The position numbers and the translations under genes are program-made. Positions 24,557-37,331 of a DNA stretch of 62,000 nt are shown here, piece by piece; position 1 is the first letter of the stretch, and each line of letters opens with the position of its first letter. This DNA is from Malacoraja senta (lineage: Eukaryota). Below the pieces are notes generated by a model, which was given only the letters and a program-made list of their open reading frames with translations, had not been told where the DNA came from and did not search any database. Where the stretch lies: assembly GCA_038087875.1 (NCBI GenBank), contig JAXLNO010000320.1:248001-310000 (forward strand). The letters run 5' to 3'.

Positions 24557-25754
24557 TTCCTCAACCCTGGAAATATTTTAGCTAATCTCTTCTCGAAAGC
24601 TTCACATCCTTTCGAAAATAGAACCAATCAATTTTATGAAATTAATACTTAATAAAAGTTTATGATGACTTCCATACTCCTCAATACCTTCATATATAAA
24701 GTCCAGTATTTTGCATGCTCTTCCAACCACTTAGTCAACCTGAGACATTAGGATCTTGACCCAAAATGCTGACTGACGATTTCCGTCCACAGATGCTGCC
24801 TGACCCACAGAGTTCCTCAAGTGCTCTCCTCTTGAAGATAGATTCCAGCATCTTCAGTCTCTTTGGCCTCCATAATTGTATAATGTTGGTCCCGTCAGTT
24901 TTGTTATAATAGTTCCTTATTTAAGGAGGGATGTATTTGGACCATGACAGTTCAGAGAAGCTTCAATAGATTGATTCCAGGGATGGAGTGGGTATCTTAT
25001 TAGGAAAGGTTGAGCAGGTTGGATCTACATTCTGAGGTTTGGAAGAATAAGAGGGGAAGCATAAAGGATTCTTTGAGAGCTTGAAGGATAAATGTGTAAA
25101 GGAGGCCTCTCTTCATGAAAGGATCTACAATCTAGATCTATTGCTGCAGAATTAGGGGCTGCCGACTTAAGATGGAGATAAAATTCTTTTCTCAGAAGCT
25201 AATGATTGTTCAGATTCTCTACTGAAAGATCAGTGGGGCGGGTCATTGAATACTTTTAAGGCTGAGAAAGATAAATTTATGGCTATAGGTAAAGCCGACA
25301 GTTATGGAGAACAAGCATAAAATTGGAGCTGAGCCCAAGATCATATCAGACATGATCCAACTAAATGGCAGATCAAATTCAAGAGCACAAATGACCAACT
25401 CGTGCCCGTTTATATTGTTTCCAATCTGCACCTACAGAATCCTGATTCTCGTATCCATTGCATTTCGTGGTGTCATTCATGGCTTTCTCTCACAACACTA
25501 TGTCCTACAGTTTCTCTCTGGGGTGATAATCATCAGGATACATGTGTCTACTATCTTGACCGTTAATTGCTGCAAATTTTCACAGGGCTTCTTTCTGTCT
25601 AGAACCTTGCCATAATTTGGTTAAACAAATACTTCTGTCTTGTCGTGTAGGTGTTGACTCTTTGCATTTTATTTACTTCTGGCACTTGATGTCACCATTG
25701 CTCTTGGCTTAAAAAAACATTAAATTATAATGTCCAATATATTAAACATGCTAC

Positions 25755-25818
25755 CTCGTCCTTTGTGGTTTTGATGAGAATGATGGTTGGCTCATACCCC
25801 TCGCAATGAGCATAAAAT
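25755..25818 (-). CDS. TBC1D24: TBC1D24 coding exon (TLDc)
   Basis: TTTTCTTCAG|(R)FYAHCEGYEPTIILIKTTKDE|GTAGCA; 64 nt. Confidence 0.95.
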
Positions 25819-25887
25819 CTGAAGAAAAAAAAATAACATTGTCTTCTTTAGACAAATTTTGTAATCTTCAAGTTTGAAAGACTGTTA

Positions 25888-26171
25888 GGGCTGCTGCCTC
25901 AGCATCAGAAACCCAATTTTGAAACTCAGGTGCTGTCTGTATGGAGTTTGTATGTTCTCCTTATGACTGTATGAATTTCCTCTGGTTGCTCCAGTTTCCT
26001 CCCACATCCAAAAAACGTGCAGGTTTGTAGATTAACTGGCCTCTGTAAATTGCCCCTAGTGTGTAGGGAGTGGATGCAACAGTGTGATGACATAGAACTA
26101 GTGCAAATAGGTGATCGATGGACAGTGTGGACTCGGTGGACCAAAGAGCCCAATTCCATGCTGTATCTTTC
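25888..26171 (+). mobile_element. V-SINE (HE1-like), partial head
   Basis: V-domain GGAGTTTGTATGTTCTCC...TTTCCTCCCACATCC and the shared tail. Confidence 0.75.
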
Positions 26172-26973
26172 CAGCAAAATAAGTATACACTGAAAAGTAT
26201 TACTCCTGTTATTAACCTTCAAACTAGATAAAGTGCACAAATTCAACAGATCGAGCAAGATTACTCAACAATAATTTAGAGTGCCATTCCCTAACATCTG
26301 ATACTGCAGAAACCCCATGGTTACACAGGTCCAATGGAACTGGGGTGAAAAACTGTGTCCGAAGCTCACAAACTATTACATTGCTTCTGGCTAGGGAAGG
26401 TTGGTAGCAACCTGTATTACCAGGATTTATAAGCAGACTGCACCAATCTGAAAACAGAGGCAGAGCAGTCATCCAAGAGAACACAGCTCTAGAATTTCCA
26501 CATCTCCAAACTGTAACAACAGCTTAAGATGTAGCCCTGAGTCCCAGGTTGGGCTTGAACCATAATCTTTTGATTCAGAAGCAACATATCTTTGCTTCCA
26601 TGCATTATGTCCAGTGATTTTATACCCATGGTCCAGAATAAATTATTTTATTGGGAAAATAATTTGAGCAAGACTCTTGGAATGAGTCAAATAAGGGTTC
26701 TGTATAAGAAGCTCAGACCAGGAAGATGCAAGACGGTGAGCAGAGAATGGGTTTACCATAATTTAGCTAGTGATTCTCATTATATAGCATGGAAACATCT
26801 CCTGTGTCACACTGACCATATAGTATTCACGCGAGGAGTCAGGAATTTATAACGGGAAATATTAACAAGTTTAAACAGTCACATGATATTAATAAACTAC
26901 AGTGGGAATGTGCATTTCTTCCATTTATGATTTTAGTACTGAGAGTTTTCACACGTAAAGCACATTATTCAAT

Positions 26974-27881
26974 GACACAAAGCTGGGTGGCAGTGTGAGA
27001 AGAATGCTATGAGGCTGCAGGGTGACTTAGATAGGTTGGGTGAGTGGGTAGAAGCATGGCCGATGCAGTATAATGAAGATAAATATGAGGTTATCCACTT
27101 TGGTGGCAAGAAAAGGAAGGCAGATTATTATCTGAATGGTGTCAGATTAGGAGAAGGGGAGGTGCAACGAGACCTGAGTGTGGATGTACATTAGTACATC
27201 AGCAGGTACAGCAGACAGTGAAGAAAGCCAAAGGCATGTTGGCCTTCATTGCAAGAGGATTTGAGTTTAGGAGCAAGGAGATCCTAATGCAGTTGCACAC
27301 GGCCCTGGTGAAACCGCATCTGGAGTATTGTGTGCAATTTTGGTCTCCTAATTTGAGGAAGGACATTATTGCTATTGAGGGAGTGCAGCGTAGGTTCATC
27401 AGTTTAATTCCCGGGATGGCAGGACTGACGTAAGATAAAAGAGTGGGTCGAATCGGCTTGTATTCGCTGGAATTTAGAAGGATGAGAGGGAATCTTATAA
27501 AAACATATAAAATTCTTAGAGGATTGGACAGGGTAGATGCAGAAAAAATGTTCCCGATGTTGGGGAGTCCAGAATCAGGGGTCACAGTTTAAGAATATGG
27601 GGTAGGCCATTTAGGACTGAGATGAGGAAAAAAAAATTTCACCCAGAGAGTTGTGAATATGTGGAATTCTCTGCCACAGAAGGCAGTGGAGGCCAATTCA
27701 CTGGGTGTTTTCAAGAGAGAGCAGGATTTAGCTCTTAGGGCTAAGGGAATCAAGGGATATGGGGAAAAGGCCAGAACAGGGTACTGATTTTGGATGATCA
27801 GCCATGATCATATTGAATGGTGGAGCTGGCTCGAGAGGCCGAATGGCCTACTCCTGCGTGTATTTTCTACGTTTCTATGTT
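26974..27881 (+). mobile_element. CR1 LINE 3' fragment
   Basis: LQGDLDRLGEW, LVKPHLEYCVQFWSP, RVVNMWNSLP-type motifs and a (TTTCTATG)-like tail. Confidence 0.9.
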
Positions 27882-29075
27882 TCAACAACTGCCTACACCT
27901 TGTTCATCTTGTGACCATCGTGCAGGGCTCGAAATTAATGGTTGCCCGGGTGCCAATGGCCACCTAAAGTCCCGACGGGCAACCTAAAAGTCCTGATCGG
28001 GCCCCCCTCTCTATCTCTCTGTCTGTCACTCTCCGTCTCCCATCCGTGTCCGGGTCTCCACTGCTCCTCATCCACCGGCACGGCAGGCCGCCTTGCACAT
28101 ACGCACTGCCTCGGCCAGCACATCCTCCCCCTGCACGTGCGCACAACCACGGCCAGCACATCATCGGCCGCCCTGCACATGCGTACTGCCACGGCAACTG
28201 GTCGGCGCTGGGCACTTTCTCCCTCCCTTTGCACTGTGGGAGATCTGCCCGCCATTGCTGTCCAGTCGCCGCCTCGCCGCGACCACTGAAAACCAACACA
28301 ATCACTCCCTGGAGCTGGAGTAACTCCCTGGCGTAACTCTTGCTTCTTGGTTTCCTGGTCCTCCAAAAATATTCTACATGGAATTTAAACTGGAGGTAGT
28401 GGAGGGTCCACCACCAAACTCCAAACTCTGAACAATAACAGCCTATTGCACTTTATCTGTTTATTTATTGTGTATATATATGGTCTATGGTATATAAACA
28501 CACTGAACTTTTATTTCCTGTTCTGTATTATGTTTACATATTCTGTTGTGCTGCAGTAAGCAAGAATTCCATTGTCCTATCTGGGACACATGACAATAAA
28601 ACTCTTGACTCTTGACTTGGACTTAAGCAAAAAAAGGGTTCTTGGGGAAAAAAGAGCTACCTAAAATTTAGTTGGGTCTAATTGGGTAACTATGGTAGGG
28701 TGAAGACTATTCCATGCTTTAATTGTGCGGGGGAACTCCATGGAGCAGCCAGCATCTCTGGATAGAAGAAATTGGGTGACGTTTCGGGTAGAGACCCTTC
28801 TTTAGACTCCCTCTGGTTTTAGTGTTTTTAGTTTAATTTAAAGATACAGCGTGGAAACAGGCCCTTCGGCCCACCGAGTCCACGCCGACCACCGATCACC
28901 CGTACACTAGTTCTATCCCCCACATTAGCGACGCAAGTCAAGAGTGTTTTATTCTCTCACGTCCCAGTTAGAACAATGAAATCCTTACTTGCAGCAGCAC
29001 AACAGAATATGTAAACATAGTAGTCTGTAAACAATGTTATAAACGAGAAAACAAAACAGTGTATATTTATATATG

Positions 29076-29123
29076 AGTGTGTGCGTGTGTGTGCGTGTGC
29101 GTGCGTGCGTGCGTGCATGCGTG

Positions 29124-29167
<44 letters not shown>
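29076..29167. repeat. (TG)n/(TGCG)n microsatellite
   Basis: Directly visible. Confidence 0.95.
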
Positions 29168-29168
<1 letters not shown>

Positions 29169-29940
29169 TATATACTCACACACACACAATTTCCCTCCTG
29201 GGATTAATAAAGTTCTATCGTATAGTATCGTGTGTGCAGGAAGGAACTGCAGATGCTGGTTTAAACTGAAGATAGACACAAAAAGCTGGAGTAACTCAAC
29301 AGGTCAGACAGAATCTCTGGACAAAAGGAAAATATTACGTTTTGGGTTGGGTCTGAAATAGGTTCCTGCACACCTTTGGAATGTGGAAGGAAACAAGAGC
29401 ACCTGGAGAAAGCCCATGTGATCAAAGGGAAAAGGAGTAAACTCCATACAGACATAAACTACATACAGATCCCCACATTTAGGATCAATTCCGGGTCTCT
29501 GGCACTTTTATGCAGCAACTTTATGGCCAATGTACTGCCCCATAGTCTTGAACTGAATTAAAACATACAGTAGCTGTAAAGGCATACATAGGGAGTCTAA
29601 AGAAGGGTCTCTACCCGAAACGACACGTAGAGATTTAAGACTGAAAATGGATAGTTTCTTTTTTTTAGTAACCAAAGTTATCAACGTATAATTTTTTGTG
29701 TTTTGGAAAACAAAATATAGTGGCACAGCTGGTAGACTTGCTGCCTCACAAGCCAGAGATCTGTGTTCGATTCTGTCCTCGATCTGTGTTGAATTTGCAC
29801 ATTCTCCCTGCAAGCGTGTGGGTTTCCTCCCACATCCCAAAGACGCATTGACTTTGTAGGTTAACTTGTCTCTGTAAAATTGCCCCTAATGTGTAGGGAG
29901 TGGGTGAGGAAAGTGGGATAACGGAACTTGTGTGAATGGG

Positions 29941-30790
29941 TAGACAAAAATGCTGGAGAAACTCAGCGGGTGAGGCAGCATCTATGGAGCGAAGGAAATA
30001 GGCGATGTTTCGGGTCGAGACCCTTCTTCAGACTGATATGAGGGTGGGGGCGGGAAGAAGACAGGAAGAGGAGGAGACAGTGGGCTGAGGGAGAGCTGGG
30101 AAGGGGAGGAGAAAGCAGGGACTACCTGAAATTGGAGAAGTCAATGTTCATACTGCTGTGGTGTAAACTGCCCAAGCAAAATACAAGGTGCTGCTCCTCC
30201 AATTTATGGTGGGCCTCACTCTGGCCATGGAGGTGGTCCAGGACAGAAAGGTCAGATTAGGAATGGGAGGGGGAGTTGAAGTGCTGAGCCACCAGGAGAT
30301 CAGGTTGGTTATTGCGAACCGAGCGGAGGTGTTGGGTGAAGCGATCGCCAAACCTATGCTTGATCTCACCGATGTAGTGCAGCTGACACCTAGAGCAGCG
30401 GATGCAATAGATGAGGTTGGAGGAGGTGCAGGTGAACCTCTGCTGCACCTGGAAAGACTGCTTGGGTCCTTGAATGGAGTCAAGGGGGAAGGTAAAGCGA
30501 CAAGTGTAGCATTTCCTGCGGTTGCAAGGGAAAGTGCCAGGAGAGGGGTGGTTTGGGTGGGAAGGGATGAATTGACCAGGGAGTTACATAGGGAGCAGTC
30601 TCTGTGGAAATCTGACAGGGGAGGAGATGGGAAGATGTGGCCAGTGGTTGGATCCCATTGGTAGACAAAAAAGCTGGAGAAAATCAGCGGGTGAGGCAGC
30701 TGAGCCACTGGGAGATCAGGTTGGTTATTGCAAACTGAGTGGAGGTATTGTGCGAAGCGATCGCCAAGCCTGCATTTGGTCTCACCGAGG
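29941..30790 (-). mobile_element. Penelope-like element 3' part (GIY-YIG + terminal repeat) with a partial tandem second unit
   Basis: RFTCTSSNLIYCIRCSRCQLHYIGEIKHRFGDRFTQHLRSVRNNQPDLLVAQHFNSPSH; the TAGACAAAAA terminal sequence recurs at 29941 and 30662. Confidence 0.85.
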
Positions 30791-31226
30791 TTGATCATAC
30801 GCTGAATAAACCAACCACATTTTTGTTTGGAAGTGGAAAGAAATAATAGAAATTGCATTCATTGCAACGTGTAAAAAGAGTTGAGATACTGTATTATAAT
30901 TTTGCTGCATGTCATTGTGGTATATATCATGTCTTGAATGGTGAATATGTTTAGTTTGTGACTTTATTTGAAGCAGAAATAATATGTGAATGCTTCATTG
31001 ACCATAATTCCGACTGGTAACTACGCACTTCATCCGAGCACATTATCGCACGCCATCTTAAATGACCACCTAAACTGTCATCTGGCAACCTAAAAAGCTG
31101 CCAAGGTTGCCCGGCTGGAAACAGAGAAAAAAAGTTAAGTGAGAGCCCTGATTCTTGTCAAGCGCACAGGTAACAATATGAAATTGTACAAAATCTTCAT
31201 TGCGAGGAATCCTACTGATAATTTAC

Positions 31227-31385
31227 CTTTTCAAACTATAACCATGGTCCAAAGTAGTGAAGATCAACAGTGGCTGGGAAAGCGCAAATCGTTCTGGGAT
31301 CCAGGACCAAATCTCTCGCATCTCCTTTGCACTGACAATACTAGATGTGAAATTTTCAACATTGACAGCTAGGTGAACATTGTGT
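31227..31385 (-). CDS. TBC1D24: TBC1D24 coding exon (linker/TLDc start)
   Basis: TTCTTGCAG|(R)[58 protein letters not shown]; 159 nt, phase 2-2. Confidence 0.95.
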
Positions 31386-33754
31386 CTGCAAGAAATCCAT
31401 ACAAAATGTCAGGAAAAAACAAAATAAAGGAATGGATCAGGACTTGATTCATTCGTATTGTCTATTGATTGTGATACAGCACAGAGTGAATAGTAGCCCA
31501 GCACCATCAGAATCACATTCAAATTTTTAATGGAGGTTAACCTATTGACACCTATGTGTTACATGCATGCAAAGCCAAAGATTCACCTATGCCACCGTTG
31601 TACAAGCTTTAGTATATCCATAGCAACACATAAAATCAAAATTTGGCTGAAAACTTGAGTCGTTGCAAACATTCTGCACCTGTGCAAACAAACTGGAGAA
31701 TTGTGCCTTTAAGGGTAAAAACCTATTAATACTAACTTTTTTTTAATATACTGCTCCTGCGATAATTCTTCATATGTAAAATTACTGGAAAAAGCAATAA
31801 AACTATTTTTTTTAAAGCTGGCAGAAGAGATTTTTACTCAATCTCTACATTTCAACAAATTTAACTTAAAGAATACAAGGTGAAGATTGGTGTTTTAATT
31901 GAGAAAGGGGAAAATACCCTACCTTCCATAACATTAAGCCAAATGACCTGCTAATTATTTGGGTCAAATTGGCTCTGACATCCTATTTAAATTAAATGCC
32001 CCAGTTCACTGCATCAAGTTAAACATTTAATGCCATTACAACATCCTTATATTTGCATTTCATAGCTACTCTATCTCTGCAAATGAACTTTTACACCAGT
32101 GGCTGACATTTGTACCATTTGTTGCCTTGACAAATCAAAGAGGAGAAATGAAAGAACCTCAAATAGAACTTGTGGATTAGTACTCATATGGAGTGGAGAC
32201 TATTGCACTCTCTTTGTGTAAAGTCAGGACTATTTTTTTGCACCTGCTTTCACTTTCCCTGTCAACCCTCAAACATTTACTCATATACTTTGCAAATCTC
32301 TCATATCTGCAAAGGCAGCTAAGCTTCATTCCATCAACTCTTTTCTGCTTTTTCAATTTAAGATCAATAGACAGTCAAAAGCTGCCAAAACACAAAGAGA
32401 TCCAAGATAAACATACAAGGCACCAATTTAGTTAGCTCCTTTGTTGGAGTTGGATTTGCATGTTTTCACTTGTATGTAGCTAGGGTGATCGTAAGAATGC
32501 AGTGGCACCATGTCTGCAAAAGTGGTCCAGAGCATAAAGTTCAGAACCAATGGGTCAGCAGTTTTGGCACCTTACAAAGTCATCAACTGTGTGTTGGTTT
32601 TCATAAGATGAAGCATGGAAGGGGGTGGAGATGACTGATTGAAAAAATTGATACATCAGGCACACTTTCACAATTTTGCTTTCAAGTGTGAGAATTCGGA
32701 CAAGTCCTGTTCAGAATAGTGGCAGTTAATTTTACAGAATAAGGATGACTTGTCTCATATACAATGGCAACATGAAAGTAGCTTGGAAGCAGTGTTCCAG
32801 TGACTGGGGCAGGGCAACACGATGATCTTGATACTTTATATGTTTGTCATATCAAATAATACAAATACACTGGAAATTCTATAGCACCATTTCCAATTTA
32901 ACATCCAGTCGACAACCTTCTGAATTTAAGCATGAATTTAAGGTATCATCCCTTTGGCCCCATTACAAAAAGAAAACACGAATGCATGCATTTTCCAGTA
33001 AAAGTCAGAACACCAGAATAAGAATAACCAACTACTTCCCGCCCCCCCCCCCACACACACTTTTCTGCCTCCTCAGTCGCACCAAATGTGGCAAAATGCA
33101 GTACAACTTTCCCCTCCCCGCACCAATCCCCTGCTCACTCACCACTCATTACCAAGCTGGATGATCAAGCCTCCTAGCCAGTGAATAAACATGGAATGTC
33201 AAATTCTATTGTTTGGTATCAGGCCAGGCATGGACTTCGAACATCGAACAGTACAGCACAGGAACAGGCCCTGTGGTTCACAATAACTGTGCGGAGAATG
33301 TTGCCAAGTTAAACTATTCTCTTCTGCCTTCACATGATCCAATATTTCTCCATTCCATGCGATTATTCAAAATCCACTAACTCTTACAGACCATTATCAT
33401 ATCTGCTTCCACCACCACCCTTGACAGCATGTTCCTGGCATCCACAACTCAGTTTGCCTGGCATATTTCCATTAACCCCCCCCCCCCCCCCCCCCAATCT
33501 TAAAGCTGTATCCTCCAATCTTTGACATTACCACCCTGGGAAAAGGGTTCTAACCGTCTACCCAATCTATGCCTCTCAATTTTATAAACTTTTATCAGTT
33601 CTTCCCTCAGCCTTCAACGCTCCAGAGAAAACAATCCCTCTGGACTTTTAATAGTACCTTTGTAGATCGCAGCCGCAGCGAGTGAGTTAGTGTTAATCTG
33701 CAGGGGTAAGGGACAAGAGAATTTATAATTTTATAGAGAAAATTCTCATCCTAC

Positions 33755-33760
33755 CTTTCT
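33755..33760 (-). CDS. TBC1D24: Candidate 6-nt TBC1D24 microexon (AGAAAG)
   Basis: TTTACAG|AGAAAG|GTAGGA after an AG-free, pyrimidine-rich stretch of about 86 nt containing TGC; frame-preserving. Confidence 0.4.
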
Positions 33761-35525
33761 CTGTAAACCGGATATTGATCAGGTAGTTTGACAGGAACAA
33801 AGAGCGCAGAACCAATGAAGGAAAGAAAGAAAAAGTAATCAATGCATTCTCACATCGCAGATGAAAAGAACATACTTTTACTCACTAAATAAAATAATGC
33901 TTTAAAAGGTCTAAAGAAAGTCACCTTTAAATATATCCTACTCTGTCTCTACACACACACTAAGAGTTTGGAGATTTTTTCAAAAAAATCATGATTAAAA
34001 AACATCCAAATAGAATTTTTCCTTAGCATTCTTTTTATTCTATTTTTATACCACAAACTATCTACTAATCCTCTGATGTGTCTGTTCTTTCTTCTAAACT
34101 TCAGGATACAGGCCCTATCTGCTTCATCTCTCCTTATAGGAAAACATCCCCTGCTCCCTCCCCCAAATTTAGATGCTATACTGCAAGTGTATCCTTCTTT
34201 AGGCAAGGGGACCAGATCTGTACACATTTTTCCAGGCACAGTCTCATCTGGATCCTATATAATTTCAGTAAGGAGTCTTTATTCATGTACTCAAATTCTC
34301 TTTTATCAACACAATCCACACTGGGGTTTTGAGAGAGTGAACAAAATGGCAATTTAAGAAAAGAATCAGAATACTTTGTGGCTTTAAATTATGTACTTGA
34401 GAACACAAGCTTAACCAAAACTATTCATTAGTTTTTTTTATTTGGTTAATTGTGTACAGAACAAGGACATACTTGCATAATAGTTCTTCCCCAGGACCAA
34501 CATTTTAGCATTGCAGGTGCCAAATTCAATGGCCCGTCACACACAGTTTATAATTTTCCCATCTTTATATTGGTCAATCTGTACTATAAGCAAACTACAA
34601 AACCCTTACCAAACTATTCCTTCAGCACTAAAACCCAATTCTGAATCTAATCTAGATTTATGAGATGGTAAAAGTCACGTTCACGTCTGTGGGCTGACAG
34701 CAACCCAATATTCAGGGCAGACTTAAGCCATCTCTCAGTTAAAACACTCTGGCACAAACATACTTCTGAAATGGCAAATAAATGGAAAATCAATCAAGAC
34801 AAGGGGGGAAACTAGAGGCTGATTAACTTAAAATCTACCACAGACAACTTCACCAGGCCTCAACTTCTCTTCTGTGCCTGTTCCCATAGCTTCCAATTCC
34901 ACAATCCTTTAACAAATGGTAGATAGGTTAGATAATCAAAGTCTTTCCCTAGGGTGGAAATGTCAAATACTAGAGGACATGGGTGTAAGGTAAGAGGGGG
35001 AAAGTTTAAAGAAGATTTACAAGGCATTTTTTTTCACATTCAGAGTTGTACCTAGAATCATCTGCCAGGGGAAGTAGAAGTAGAAATAATAGAAGAGTTT
35101 GAGGCATTTAGACAGACACATCAATAGGCAGGGAATGGGGGAGGAGGGGGAGGGCGGAGATATAGACCGTGCAGGCAGATGTACAGTTTAAATTAACATC
35201 ATTGTTAGCACAGGCATATGTGAGTTTGTTCCTTTGCTATGCTATTCTTTCTTCTGTGGAGGCCAATTATGAAAGTCATGGGGGATGAAATTTTCAGGCT
35301 GAGGCACAAGAAGAATAGAAAAATAACATATTTAAAATAACATATTTAAATGGTGTTACAATTTACTACAGATGCTGAAATCGTGAGTAAAACCCAAGTA
35401 AAATATGTGAGAAAAATCATGAGTCTGAAGAGACCCGACCCAAAAAGTCACCTATCAATTCTTACCACAGACGTAGCCTGACCCTCTGGGTTACTCCAGC
35501 ACTAAGATTTAAATGAAGCCAATAC

Positions 35526-35546
35526 TTATGGAGCAATACATTCACA
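35526..35546 (-). CDS. TBC1D24: Candidate 21-nt TBC1D24 microexon (SVNVLLHK)
   Basis: CACTAG|TGTGAATGTATTGCTCCATAA|GTATTG after an AG-free tract of about 170 nt with CTAAT branch-like motifs; phase 2-2; same position as the mammalian SVSLSK microexon. Confidence 0.6.
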   Translation of the reverse strand, partial: CECIAP

Positions 35547-36342
35547 CTAGTGAATGGGGAAAAAAAACATTGGAGAGCAAGGGTGGAGGAAGAGTGTGAT
35601 GGAGGGAGAGGGAGAAGAAAAGAGGACAGGTGGGGGGGGGGGGGAAGGGGGAGGAGTGAGAGAAACAAAAGAAATAAGTAATTAGATTAGTTTGAAGAGA
35701 AAGCACACAATATGGCACCTGAATCCGGGCACAACCACCAGGAGGTGCTGAAACACAAGCAAAAGACACAGCAGGAGGCGCATATTGCACCTTGATCAAC
35801 AGCTCAGCGAAACGAGGTGCATTGAACAAAATGACTGCTGGGTGCATATTATGCCAGCGTGACACAGAACTAAAGTGAACACTATTGAAGCCGTGACAGG
35901 AAACTGAGTCATTGTATAACTGGATCTTACATTCAAGAACTCTGAAGTTTCATGCAAAGTTCCCAAGAATGTAGAGCAAAAAAAAAAAACTGCTGGAAGA
36001 ACTTAATGCATTAGGCAGCGCCTATGGAGACAAAGGATGGGTCAACGTTTCAGGTTGAGACCCTGCACCAGAACTTCTTTTTGCCTCCACAGATACAGCT
36101 TGACATGCTGAGTTCTTCCAGCAGTTTTGTTCCATATTCAAGCATCTGCAGTCTATTGTTTCTTCATTCTAAGAATGGTTTGGAGACTGTGTTAGTCTTC
36201 AATTAATACATAGATAGTCTAGAATCAAAATTAACTAAATTGCCGACAAGACATTTGGAAGATAGTATTTAAGTAGAAAGCTAGGTCTCCTAATTCAGAT
36301 TTATAAGTAAGTTTCAGGTTGAAAATAAAAGAGATTAAATAC

Positions 36343-37331
36343 CTCTTTTGATTTACAGTTATGCCTTTTTTCTTTAGCGCTTTCTCATTAGCATCTCTGA
36401 GCAAACGGATCTCTTTCCTGGAGAATAAACGGATGGCAAATGCCTTCTCCAAAAGCTTCTCAACCGAGACATGTTTGTTGATCTCCTGGACAAAACTCCG
36501 AACGTCAACTCGAATGTTGGCAGATTTCCCAGGCTGCTTGGCTCTAGATTTTTGGAAGAACTTGAGGAGAGCCAATGCTACTCTATACAGGACCTTACAC
36601 CCTTCAACAAAAAAGATATCCAACACACGGGCTGTATAGTTAAAGGGAAGTTCTCCAAATATCCATCGCAGCCAATCAGAGTACACCTCGAGTACATCCT
36701 CTGAAGAACTCACAATCAGCTTGTGAGCACCCTGGCAGTATTTATTGGCTAGGTCTCCAAAGGTCAGGCAGGAGGATTCGTATGCCAGAAACGTTTGGTC
36801 GAAGAAATGTTTTGTGCGGTCATTGCAGGCCAGGAGACGGCACACCTTCTCGAAGCAGTCGGCTTCGCCTGCACTGTAGTGTAGGAGCAGCGCCACAATT
36901 GATGGAAGCACAGGACAGAAAGAGATATCTGGAAACTGGCTGGATATGCACAGCAGAATCTTCCTGACTGCATCAATCCCATCCACATTCAGGCAATAGT
37001 TCGGGATGGTACTACCATCCACAAATTCTGGCAGCGAAAGTGTGGAAGTGTTCCATTTCCCAGTAATTTTCTCCACAATATCTTTGTACACCTCAGCATC
37101 AGGAGTCACAGTCCTGCACGGCACAGCTTTGATGATTTGTTCATATATTTTACCTCTTAGAGGATGGCTCTTTGCCCAGTAACCTTGCCTGGCATATTGC
37201 TTTAATAGGTCATCATCAATAACTGCTGGCACCATAGGACAGTCCTTCTCCAGATCAGTCATCTTGTCCCAGGCCACAAACTGATTACCCTGCACGTCAG
37301 TCATGGGCAAAGACTTTACTGATTTTTCCAT
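36343..37331 (-). CDS. TBC1D24: TBC1D24 first coding exon (TBC domain); the exon starts at 37391 with 60 nt of 5' UTR
   Basis: [72 protein letters not shown]; acceptor TTTTCTTCAG at 37392, donor AG|GTATTT at 36342; 989 coding nt. Confidence 0.97.

Larger units (their letters stand above)
27923..31150. mobile_element. Probable hAT-like non-autonomous DNA transposon with nested insertions
   Basis: TIRs CAGGGCTCGAAATTAA / CAGGGCTCTCACTTAA (13/16); subterminal motifs GGCAACCTAAA, CCACCTAAA and GGTTGCCCGG at both ends; no clean TSD. Confidence 0.6.

Noticed and set aside
32180..32381. Exon-like segment with a good minus-strand branch point and acceptor (GCTAAC...TTTTGGCAG) in the linker intron
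   Set aside because: In the TBC1D24 frame it stops at the third codon and has no convincing donor; a poison exon cannot be excluded, but nothing else supports it.
33658..33697. 40-nt AG...GT-bounded candidate exon
   Set aside because: It is not a multiple of three, and it lies only 57 nt from the 6-nt candidate's donor.
34610..34627. 18-nt candidate microexon with a GTAAGG donor
   Set aside because: The pyrimidine tract is poor, and splicing to the next exon creates an in-frame TGA.
36231..36342. C-terminal extension of the 366-aa ORF (YLISFIF...)
   Set aside because: This is read-through into the intron past the AG|GTATTT donor; homology continues in the exon at 31385.
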